From: Candidatus Hermodarchaeum yapensis | GTDB taxonomy: Archaea > Asgardarchaeota > Hermodarchaeia > Hermodarchaeales > Hermodarchaeaceae | Direction: 5' to 3' | Length of the DNA: 64,000 nucleotides | NCBI GenBank assembly: GCA_016840405.1 | Contig: JAEOSK010000005.1 | Location: forward strand, 39,797 to 103,796 | In this document: positions 28,979-36,695 of the stretch, one piece after another | How positions within the stretch are numbered: position 1 is the first letter of the stretch | Layout of the letters: each line of letters begins with the position of its first letter | Program-made: the position numbers and the translations under genes | Notes under the pieces: model-generated | What the model was told of the DNA's origin: nothing | Databases searched by the model: none | Seen by the model: the letters and a program-made list of their open reading frames with translations, nothing else

Positions 28979-31051
28979 ATGGAAGACGAGGAGCTCCCAG
29001 TGACTGATTCAGAACATCTTGGCGATGAACTCGGACCAGATGGTTCCCAACCAGAACCAATTTGTGACGCAGATACTACTCCCTCTAGGACACAATTTAA
29101 GAAACCGCTAGTCCACAGTTTGACAGCACGGGGAATCGCACTGGCCATTATCCTCAACGTCGTCTATACGACGATTAACGCCTATCTTGGCATGAACTTC
29201 GGGTTTGGCCTCGGTTTTGGAATAATTACAGTTCTCACGGCTTATACGGTGTTTCAGGTGATGCGGGGAAATTCAAATCGGCAAGAAATCACCACTACAA
29301 TGATCGCCTCAACGGGATTCGTAATTTATTGGGTGCTTTCGGTTTCGATTTATGTTCAAGCCTATACGGCATACACGCTTCCGTGGTGGTTGGCACCCCC
29401 TCAGGAGGTGTTGCTTATTGGAAGTGCCTTAGATCCGCGATGGATTCCCCCAATTATCTTTCATTTAGGGTGGGTGATACTCGCCACCTTTCTTGGTTTC
29501 ATTGTAGCATTGGCTGTGGTTGATTATGTGCAAACGCGAAAAGAAACTAAGTTCCCCTTTTACCTAGCCAGTGGAGTGACTATCGATACGTGTATGCAAA
29601 CAGGGCAACGAAGTCGCTTCATGTTTTGGGCCTTAGGCATTGGAATCCTGGTAACTGTGATTCAGTATTGGGCGGATGTCCTCCTGCAACCCATCGGGTT
29701 CTCAACAATTAGTTTAGATCTCACTCCACTCTTGCCACCGGGATTTGCCATTGGATTTCTGTTCAATATCAGCTTGATGGCCATTTCATTCATTATTGAT
29801 TCAAAAATTTCCATTACTTTGCTGTTTGCAGGACTCATTACTTATTTGGTGATTTCACCTATTCTTGTCGCTCAAGGATTAGTAGTTCCTGGAGCGACGG
29901 GCATGGACATGTACTTCAACCTCCTCTTCGCATACACAATCAGCCCCGCCCTTGGAATAATGCTCCTTAGCGGAATAATTGCATTTCTTGTTGTCAAACT
30001 TCGATCCCGAATCCGACCAGCAAAACACGGAGAAGAGGATGACATAAGTTCACCTGATTCTAAAGAAAAGAATCCACCTGTTGAAAACAAACCAGACCTT
30101 GTTGAAACAGGTAATGTGGGATTTGGAGAATATGCCAAAGCCTTTGTTTTTGGCTTACTACGAAATCGCCGATTGGGCCTTGCCTATTTACTAATCACAT
30201 CAATCTTTGTGATCATCGTCGTGGGTCTTAATGTTTTTAGTCCATTTCCAGCGTGGATTGTGATACTTATCTCACTTCTCCTGCTTTTGCCTGTAGCAAT
30301 AATTGACACATTTGTGTTGGTCAAAATTGTTGGCGAAGCAGGTCTTGGAATGGGAGCCCAACGACTGGCGTTTTATGAAATTCCTTTGGCGGTTATGGGA
30401 CTGGAAGGGTATGTCCCGTTCATGGCTTATGCTGCAATTAATCCCTTCACAACTACAGATACACTTGGAAATCTGAAAATTGGAAATATGACGGAGACTC
30501 CTCGTCGATCAATTCTCATTGCCCAATTATTGAAGATAATTCCAGGTGCTATCACGAGTGTTATTTTTGTCTTGGCGGCTTGGTATCTTATTGGGTTTCC
30601 ATCTGAAACATTTCCTGCTGTTGGAGTGTTGCAGGGCTATGCTATCGTCTCAATTTTTGCTACAGGCGGAATGGGAGGAAGCTTCGACTTACTCTCCTTT
30701 CTTGTAGCAGGTAGTCTTATTGGAGTACTTTCTGTTTTTACGCCGATAGCACCCCTTGGTGTTGCCCTCGCAATGTTTTTGCCTCCTTCTTACTTCATTC
30801 CCTTCTCCATTGGTGGATTCCTTCGTCTATATACCAACAGAAAATATGGCAAAGAATGGTTTTCGAAACGGGGACAGGTTATTGCTGTAGGTTTCATTGC
30901 TGGAGCAGCGATTACGCAAGTGATTGTAGCATTCATGACACCAGGGATTCAACTCTGGGCTCTTCCCATTTGTATAGTAATTCTTATGGTAATCCTTTGG
31001 AGGTATCGAAACGATTCTCCACCTTCAGAAACCATTAACACTGAGGAATAG
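28979..31051 (+). CDS. OPT/YSL-family oligopeptide transporter
   Basis: LTARGIALA...NAYLGMNFG, FPFY and LKIG..T.TP motifs; many TM helices. Confidence 0.82.
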   Translation: MEDEELPVTDSEHLGDELGPDGSQPEPICDADTTPSRTQFKKPLVHSLTARGIALAIILNVVYTTINAYLGMNFGFGLGFGIITVLTAYTVFQVMRGNSNRQEITTTMIASTGFVIYWVLSVSIYVQAYTAYTLPWWLAPPQEVLLIGSALDPRWIPPIIFHLGWVILATFLGFIVALAVVDYVQTRKETKFPFYLASGVTIDTCMQTGQRSRFMFWALGIGILVTVIQYWADVLLQPIGFSTISLDLTPLLPPGFAIGFLFNISLMAISFIIDSKISITLLFAGLITYLVISPILVAQGLVVPGATGMDMYFNLLFAYTISPALGIMLLSGIIAFLVVKLRSRIRPAKHGEEDDISSPDSKEKNPPVENKPDLVETGNVGFGEYAKAFVFGLLRNRRLGLAYLLITSIFVIIVVGLNVFSPFPAWIVILISLLLLLPVAIIDTFVLVKIVGEAGLGMGAQRLAFYEIPLAVMGLEGYVPFMAYAAINPFTTTDTLGNLKIGNMTETPRRSILIAQLLKIIPGAITSVIFVLAAWYLIGFPSETFPAVGVLQGYAIVSIFATGGMGGSFDLLSFLVAGSLIGVLSVFTPIAPLGVALAMFLPPSYFIPFSIGGFLRLYTNRKYGKEWFSKRGQVIAVGFIAGAAITQVIVAFMTPGIQLWALPICIVILMVILWRYRNDSPPSETINTEE

Positions 31052-31095
31052 GCGCAAACTGCGGAAACCCAAAAGTAGTTGAAGACAAGTCCAAC

Positions 31096-31593
31096 ATGAC
31101 AACTAATGAGGGCTGCGAAATGCTTCCAAAGAAGGAAACTGTAAATCGCGCAGAACAATACGCAGAAAAGGGATTCCTTTGTTCAGAAGCCGTCCTGCTA
31201 GCTCTTAGTGAAGCCCAGAACGTAACTAGCGAAATCATACCCTGCATCGCGACAGGCTTTGGAGCAGGAATTAGTCGCCATGGAGAAGTCTGTGGAGCTC
31301 TCAGTGGAGCAGTCATGGGACTAGGACTTCGTTTTGGGCGATCCCAAATTGCGGAAACACCTCAAGACATTTCTCCTTATCAATTTGGAGAAACCATGGT
31401 AAACTTGTTTTCTTCACGCGTTGGACATATACGATGTCGTGACATACTGGATCTTGATATCTCAAGTGATGAGGGTAGGAAACAATATCGTGAACAAAAC
31501 CTCTGGGAGTCCAAATGCAGAGAATTAATCCGAATCGCCGCCGAACTCGCCTATGACCTTCTTCAGGCTAATCCACCCGACTCAAAAGACTAA
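31096..31593 (+). CDS. C_GCAxxG_C_C family putative redox protein
   Basis: CSEAV, GFGAG...CGALSG, C..I and C motifs. Confidence 0.88.
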   Translation: MTTNEGCEMLPKKETVNRAEQYAEKGFLCSEAVLLALSEAQNVTSEIIPCIATGFGAGISRHGEVCGALSGAVMGLGLRFGRSQIAETPQDISPYQFGETMVNLFSSRVGHIRCRDILDLDISSDEGRKQYREQNLWESKCRELIRIAAELAYDLLQANPPDSKD

Positions 31594-31692
31594 GTGGAAA
31601 GTTTTCCGTTTTCATGAAATTTTTACTCGCGTTTTGAAGTGAAACGGAATAGTCAAATACCACGGAAATCATGATACACTGGGATATCGGGC

Positions 31693-32094
31693 GTGACTAC
31701 TAAACAAGCTTGTAAAGAGGCATTGTTATCGCTGTTGGCACCAATCCAACCACTCGTTCATGGCGACACTATATTCCTCGGCAATCTTGAAATCGAAGTC
31801 ACCGCCTCTGGCTATGCAAACATCACCATTGATCGACCTCTCGACTTGACCTTTTTTCAAGCGCTCTTCACCCGATGGAAGGACTACTATATTGACGGCA
31901 CTGAGGCGAGTATCACTGTCAAACCCAGTGAGAATATTTACTTTTATGGTGACGATGGAATACAGGATGTGGCGTTTGGTCCAGAATTCGATCGAGACCT
32001 GCTCATCACTGTCTTCACATACATTGACCGCAATCTGCCCGGAAAATATCCAGAAATGCGCCGGTGGATGGCACTCAGCTCCCAGCATTCATGA
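31693..32094 (+). CDS. Hypothetical protein
   Basis: 133-aa ORF with protein-like composition, co-oriented with the upstream gene. Confidence 0.6.
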   Translation: MTTKQACKEALLSLLAPIQPLVHGDTIFLGNLEIEVTASGYANITIDRPLDLTFFQALFTRWKDYYIDGTEASITVKPSENIYFYGDDGIQDVAFGPEFDRDLLITVFTYIDRNLPGKYPEMRRWMALSSQHS

Positions 32095-32127
32095 CTTGGT
32101 GTCAATCGTTACAACTGTCACTCCTAG

Positions 32128-33633
32128 TTAGTACTGCTTTCCGACATATGCGACGACAGTTCCTGGTTTATCACATAATGGGCATAATCCCCAGGGTTTT
32201 TCTTGTTCACCAAGCTTGGTTCCACGGATGTCGGCACCAGTTGCGTCTTTGATTTTCTCCGCACAGGCTAGTCCTTCCATTTCGAGTGTGCAGAAGTTGA
32301 TGCGTGCCACTTTTTGTGACTCCATGATTTCGCATATCTCTTCAAAGGAATTAGCGTCTTGAATTGCTCCATCGAAATGTGCTTGGGCACGTTTGCGAAG
32401 TTCATCCGTTACGAACTTACCGGTTTCCTTCACTTTTTTGACTAGCTTCTTGTCTGGCACTGTTTCGCGGGTTCGAATATCTCGACGGAAAATGGTTACG
32501 GTGTTATCCTGGACTTCGCGATTGCCAATTTCCAGTCGGAGCGGAACCCCACGCATTTCCCAGTGATAGTACTTATCACCCGGACGTCGTTCGGTATTAT
32601 CAAAGTGTACACGTAATCCAGCTTTTCGCAGTTGAGCTTCAAGTTTTCGACATCGTTCGATGACGACTTCCTTTAATCCCTTCTTCGGGATGGGAATTAT
32701 GACCACTTGTACAGGGGCTAAGACAAAGGGGAGAATTAAACCGTCATTATCCCCATGCATTATGATCATGGCTCCGTACATGCGGCTAATACCAGGGCCA
32801 AAACAGGTTTGATTAGCATACTGTTCTTGTTCGTTTTCATCGACATACTTGACATCATAGGCCCGTGCAAAGTTCTCCCCGAGCATATGTGTCGTCCCAT
32901 TTTGGATGAATCGACCATTCGGAAGGAGCGATTCTGCTGCCACGGTGTATACGGCACCTGGAAACTTGTCCCATTGTGGTCGTTTTAACACAATAACCGG
33001 CATTGCAAGATCGCCTTCGACGAATGTTTTGGTTATTTCCAAATCCTCTAAGACTTGGGCTTCCGCTTCTTCCACTGTTGCAAATACATTATGAGCTTCT
33101 ATCCAGTAGAACTCACGTCCGCGTAAGAAGGGTCGGGTCATTTTTGTATCATAGCGCCAGATAGCTACGCTTTGGTACCGTTTGAAGGGTAAGTCTCGCC
33201 AGCTCCGTATCCATAGGGAATACAAGGGATACATCGCTGATTCACTCGTTGGTCGAAGAGCTAACGGTTCTTCGAATATCGTATCTGCTCCTGCTCGAGT
33301 GCACCAGAATACTTCTGGGGAGAAGCCTTCAACATGTTGAGCTTCTTTGACAAGATTGGATTCGGGGACTAGGGCGGGAAAAATGAAGGGAAGATGACCG
33401 TACCGTTCGAGCTCTTCTTCTAAGAGCCGGTACATGATTTTCAAAGTCACGGTTGTCCATGAGCGGAACACCACCAGACCTTTCACACCATAGCGCTGGT
33501 CGGAGAGTTCCGCACTTTTGTTGATTTCAGTAAACCAAGTGGAGAAGTCCTTCACCTTGTCATAATGGAAGGTGACAACCTCATCCTGGTCTGCGGTTTC
33601 TTTCTTTGTTTGTTTCCTAGATTTTTGTGTCAT
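32128..33633 (-). CDS. proS: Prolyl-tRNA synthetase (archaeal/eukaryotic type)
   Basis: LRPTSE, RPFLRGREF, GVPLRLEIG and C-terminal Y; SD AGGTGA. Confidence 0.97.
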   Translation of the reverse strand: MTQKSRKQTKKETADQDEVVTFHYDKVKDFSTWFTEINKSAELSDQRYGVKGLVVFRSWTTVTLKIMYRLLEEELERYGHLPFIFPALVPESNLVKEAQHVEGFSPEVFWCTRAGADTIFEEPLALRPTSESAMYPLYSLWIRSWRDLPFKRYQSVAIWRYDTKMTRPFLRGREFYWIEAHNVFATVEEAEAQVLEDLEITKTFVEGDLAMPVIVLKRPQWDKFPGAVYTVAAESLLPNGRFIQNGTTHMLGENFARAYDVKYVDENEQEQYANQTCFGPGISRMYGAMIIMHGDNDGLILPFVLAPVQVVIIPIPKKGLKEVVIERCRKLEAQLRKAGLRVHFDNTERRPGDKYYHWEMRGVPLRLEIGNREVQDNTVTIFRRDIRTRETVPDKKLVKKVKETGKFVTDELRKRAQAHFDGAIQDANSFEEICEIMESQKVARINFCTLEMEGLACAEKIKDATGADIRGTKLGEQEKPWGLCPLCDKPGTVVAYVGKQY

Positions 33634-33689
33634 GATTTCACCTGCCTTCGCGACTCACTACACACTTGATAATACAATAGAAAGAATTG

Positions 33690-34005
33690 AAGGCGTTGAG
33701 CATTGACATTCTCCACGATTGAGGTCGGGAGATTTGTGGACGTCATGCAGACCTCCAAAGGACATGTCATTGCCCTGTTACCGACTTCTACCTCAGGCTC
33801 TGCCTGTTTACTCGTCGCCAAGTAGGTGGACAGAACCTTCACTGGAGCAAGCCCTATCCTAATTATGTGCCATTGTGAGGTGGTGAGGAACGGGTCCTGT
33901 GCCCGTTGATTCACGAATGCCTTACTGTCGAAGCCCACGTCCGATTGGCTACGGACCATGTTCCACCCCGAGGGGGAAGCAAAACTTCGATGGCGAAACG
34001 CATTA
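33690..34005 (-). ncRNA. Candidate structured RNA of about 310 nt upstream of proS (family unrecognised)
   Basis: Nested helices, GCGA tetraloop on minus strand, TTTTTATG box at 34023-34030. Confidence 0.55.
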
Positions 34006-34050
34006 GTATTTTCATGAGAGCTCATAAAAACACAACAATTCTTTTCCGTG

Positions 34051-34162
34051 AAAAAACTCAGAGGTTTACTTGCCGCTTCCATGGTAAAAATTGAGTGGGT
34101 GGTCTTCATTGGATGGGATGTAGGTGGGAAAGTGAACACCTGTCATCTGCTCAAACCTCTGT
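34051..34162 (-). ncRNA. Candidate small RNA of about 105 nt with 9-bp closing stem
   Basis: TTTTTATAA box at 34182-34190, CAGAGGTTT/AAACCTCTG stem, T6 terminator. Confidence 0.5.
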
Positions 34163-34217
34163 AGAATTGACTCTGTTGGAGTTATAAAAACCCTTCTCTT
34201 CACGCCGACTATTTTGG

Positions 34218-35426
34218 CTAGAAGAAGGAGGGTGCACGTTCAAACTCTTGTTTTGGTGGTTTCATCTTCATGGTTTTCGCTGGAGGTAGAATTTCTTCGA
34301 TTGAATACTTCCGTGTACCCATCTTGAGTTTCTCGGCGTGCTTCGTCACTAAGTAGGGATTCTTATAGGGTCCCCAGAGTCTTTGGAACGGATGTAAATC
34401 GGCTTTGGGATTTAGATTGGTGTGTTTAAAATAGGATGGAATTTCGCTCTCGATTAAGCCTTTTTCTGCGATCATATCCAAGGTCGCTTGCTCAACGGCA
34501 ACTATGTCACGGCTAGCAAGGATGCCAATGTGCGGTACGACGGCTGGTTGAATGATCCCCAAGCAATCACAGTGGGGAGTGATGTCGATGGCAACGTTGA
34601 TGAAGAAGCGTTTCTTTTCGTCAAAGGTTTCTAAGATTTTGTTAGCAGCAATGGCCATGAATTCTTGGAAGGCTTCAAACTGTTCAGGACGTAAATCAAG
34701 GCAACCCACATCTTTGTCCGCTTCAAGGCATTCGTTGCAGTTTCCAACGTGACAGGCGAAGCGCATGATGTTGAGTTTGTGTTTTTCCTTGTCATAGGAG
34801 AGGGCGTTGTAGGGGCAGGTTTCGACGAGTTTCTGGGCGTGTTCGGGTGAGCATTTCTTGTCATTCCACCAAGGATAGGTGTTCTCGACGCCGTGGATTT
34901 TATTCCACCGTGAAGGACCAGAGTAGCCACCTAATGCAATATTCTTGATAGCGCCTCCATAACCACAATTGGCATGTCCTTTGGAATGGGTCAGATCAAT
35001 TAAGACATCTGCGTCATGGAGCACCCCGCCCATATCGATTTCTTTGACATTTTTGAAGTCCACTTTCACAGATTTTGTATACCCGTCTTTGACACCCGCG
35101 ACTGGGATAAGGGGACAGCCACACGTTTCTTGGGTGTATCCACGGTCCACGGCATTATAGATGGAAGTGGGGTTATCTGTGACGAAGGGCCAACCACCAA
35201 CCTCCTTTACAGCTTTAACGATGCGGCGGACGAAAAATACTGGGACGGTCTGATAACCATCGTGGAAGCCGAGGTGCATTTTGATGGCGACTTTGTCGTT
35301 TTTCTCGATGGTTGAAAAGTCGAGGTGTTCAAGGAGTTTTAGGAGTTTGGCTCCCAGCGATGCGAAGGCTGCATCGCGTCCGTGTTGGATTGAACCGAAA
35401 TAGACTTTAGCAGTCAACAATTTCAC
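34218..35426 (-). CDS. DUF362-domain Fe-S protein
   Basis: VAIKMHLG, HSKGH...GGAIKN, ITPHCDC and ASRDIVAVE motifs. Confidence 0.88.
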   Translation of the reverse strand: MKLLTAKVYFGSIQHGRDAAFASLGAKLLKLLEHLDFSTIEKNDKVAIKMHLGFHDGYQTVPVFFVRRIVKAVKEVGGWPFVTDNPTSIYNAVDRGYTQETCGCPLIPVAGVKDGYTKSVKVDFKNVKEIDMGGVLHDADVLIDLTHSKGHANCGYGGAIKNIALGGYSGPSRWNKIHGVENTYPWWNDKKCSPEHAQKLVETCPYNALSYDKEKHKLNIMRFACHVGNCNECLEADKDVGCLDLRPEQFEAFQEFMAIAANKILETFDEKKRFFINVAIDITPHCDCLGIIQPAVVPHIGILASRDIVAVEQATLDMIAEKGLIESEIPSYFKHTNLNPKADLHPFQRLWGPYKNPYLVTKHAEKLKMGTRKYSIEEILPPAKTMKMKPPKQEFERAPSFF

Positions 35427-35519
35427 CTATCATGAAATCATTTTGATTTTCTTTAGAGATGAGAATATTATCTCATGTTGTGTAAAAAGCTTTTGCTTTA
35501 GTGAGTCTTGATCTGACGA

Positions 35520-35569
35520 TAAGGAAAAAGAAGTGGGGGCCAACCACCGTACGGCTGTTTGTGCCCCCA
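35520..35569 (-). terminator. GC hairpin plus T tract after small peptide gene B
   Basis: TGGGGGC...GCCCCCA stem at 35534-35569 followed on minus strand by CTTCTTTTTCC. Confidence 0.55.
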
Positions 35570-35614
35570 ATGAATGTTCATTTCTTATTCTAGCGTCATA
35601 ATATTGACGCGTCA

Positions 35615-35764
35615 TTAACCACCTGGTCTTCGTAACGCACCATCCCATGAGTGCTTGCGCCAAGCCTTGGGATTGTGGCATTCACGTAGTCCTGGTGATT
35701 CTTTTAGTCGTTCGCTTTCCGAAATTGGGACTTTACATTTGTTTAGTACATATCGTGACATCAT
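35615..35764 (-). CDS. Unannotated 49-aa basic peptide B (CHNPKA; ends LRRPGG)
   Basis: SD GGGGTGA; manual translation MMSRYVLNKCKVPISESERLKESPGLRECHNPKAWRKHSWDGALRRPGG. Confidence 0.6.
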   Translation of the reverse strand: MMSRYVLNKCKVPISESERLKESPGLRECHNPKAWRKHSWDGALRRPGG

Positions 35765-35900
35765 TATCACCCCTTAGTTACTCTCTCTTGTTCATTGTGT
35801 GAATTCTCTTACCTTTAAAAAAAGGGAACACTGATACTCAAGAGTTAACACTGTTAAGTTTTGCTGGTTTAAATCCCTTTCTCTTTTCCTAACCAGTCAG

Positions 35901-36048
35901 CTAACACTTCAATGATTGAGATAGATGCCAAAACCCACTCGGTGTGATTGGGACTGATGAGAGAGTCAAGATCGCGGTGAATAAAATCTTTTTCCGGGTG
36001 GTGGAAGATTTATCCGCCGAGTGGGTCTTAGCATCCAGGAAGAGTTAG
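35901..36048. ncRNA. Candidate rod-shaped structured RNA of about 150 nt
   Basis: 19-bp helix 35924-35942/36017-36035 (continuous on minus strand), outer helix 35901-35910/36039-36048, two apical hairpins. Confidence 0.5.
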
Positions 36049-36104
36049 AAACCAAGAGGTTGACCTTAGGCCAACGTGATCCTCCTATAAAATCTTTGAA
36101 TTGA

Positions 36105-36290
36105 AATAAAAAGGAAAAGTGATACGGGTCTCCCGAGCGAGGATGCTGTCCTTGAGGCCGAAAATATTTGGAGCGTTCTCCAGCATACTGAGAGTATGAG
36201 GGTTTACGCAAAGGAGATATTGGAAGGAATGAAGGTCTGGATCGGAAGACCCGTGTTTGTGACATCAGCATTTGCTGGCCTCAGCATATT
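36105..36290 (-). ncRNA. Candidate structured 3' element with multibranch fold and possible pseudoknot
   Basis: 13-bp helix 36124-36136/36242-36254, three inner hairpins, TGAGGCC/GGCCTCA crossing pair, T-rich terminator. Confidence 0.5.
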
Positions 36291-36304
36291 CATAATTACG
36301 TTTC

Positions 36305-36451
36305 TTAACGTCGGGTAAGCAGAAATGTGACGGCATAGCGTGACCGTGGAGGTGCCGTCGGGTTGCGGCATGCAGTAACGGCTCTTTCAACGGTGGGCTT
36401 GCTGTCCCACTTATTTCGAAGGCGTCCCAACAGTTTCTTTGTTGATACCAT
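36305..36451 (-). CDS. Unannotated 48-aa basic peptide A (CRNPTA)
   Basis: TATA-like TATTTATA at about 36514-36521; SD GTGGTGA; manual translation MVSTKKLLGRLRNKWDSKPTVERAVTACRNPTAPPRSRYAVTFLLTRR. Confidence 0.58.
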   Translation of the reverse strand: MVSTKKLLGRLRNKWDSKPTVERAVTACRNPTAPPRSRYAVTFLLTRR

Positions 36452-36695
36452 TATTTTTCACCACATTATGTCCCGATTATCTTACGGGCTGAGAACACTA
36501 TCTATTACACTAATATAAATATATCGGTTTAGGAGAATTTGCATACCAAATATGAGAGAATAGACTGAAACTCTGCACCCATACTCCGAAATCCACCCTG
36601 TTCCATCGTTGAGAGGCTAGTTTGCCCTCTCCCATGAGAATATAAGAAGAAACTTTTGAGGAATACTTGACTACATTTGTAGGGAAGAACCACCA

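Noticed and set aside
33955-33970. Minus-strand GGGTGGAACA resembles a T-box bulge
   Set aside because: Sits at the 5' end of the element, and lacks antiterminator pairing and Stem I motifs.
33690-34005. SRP RNA or RNase P RNA
   Set aside because: No SRP helix-8 motif, and no RNase P GAGGAAAGUCC/ACAGAA P4 pair on either strand.
33630-34139. 169-aa ORF upstream of proS
   Set aside because: No recognisable motif or SD; spans a T tract, a TATA box and dense RNA helices; likely spurious.
35954-35985. CTGATGA as hammerhead ribozyme core
   Set aside because: No stem II followed by GAAA and stem III.
35430-36271. ORF-track calls 35430-35681 and 35966-36271
   Set aside because: No SD or motifs; overlap terminator hairpins and the better-supported peptide frame.
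35615-36451. Peptides A and B as ribosomal protein eL39 or similar
   Set aside because: Size and charge fit, but diagnostic residues do not align.
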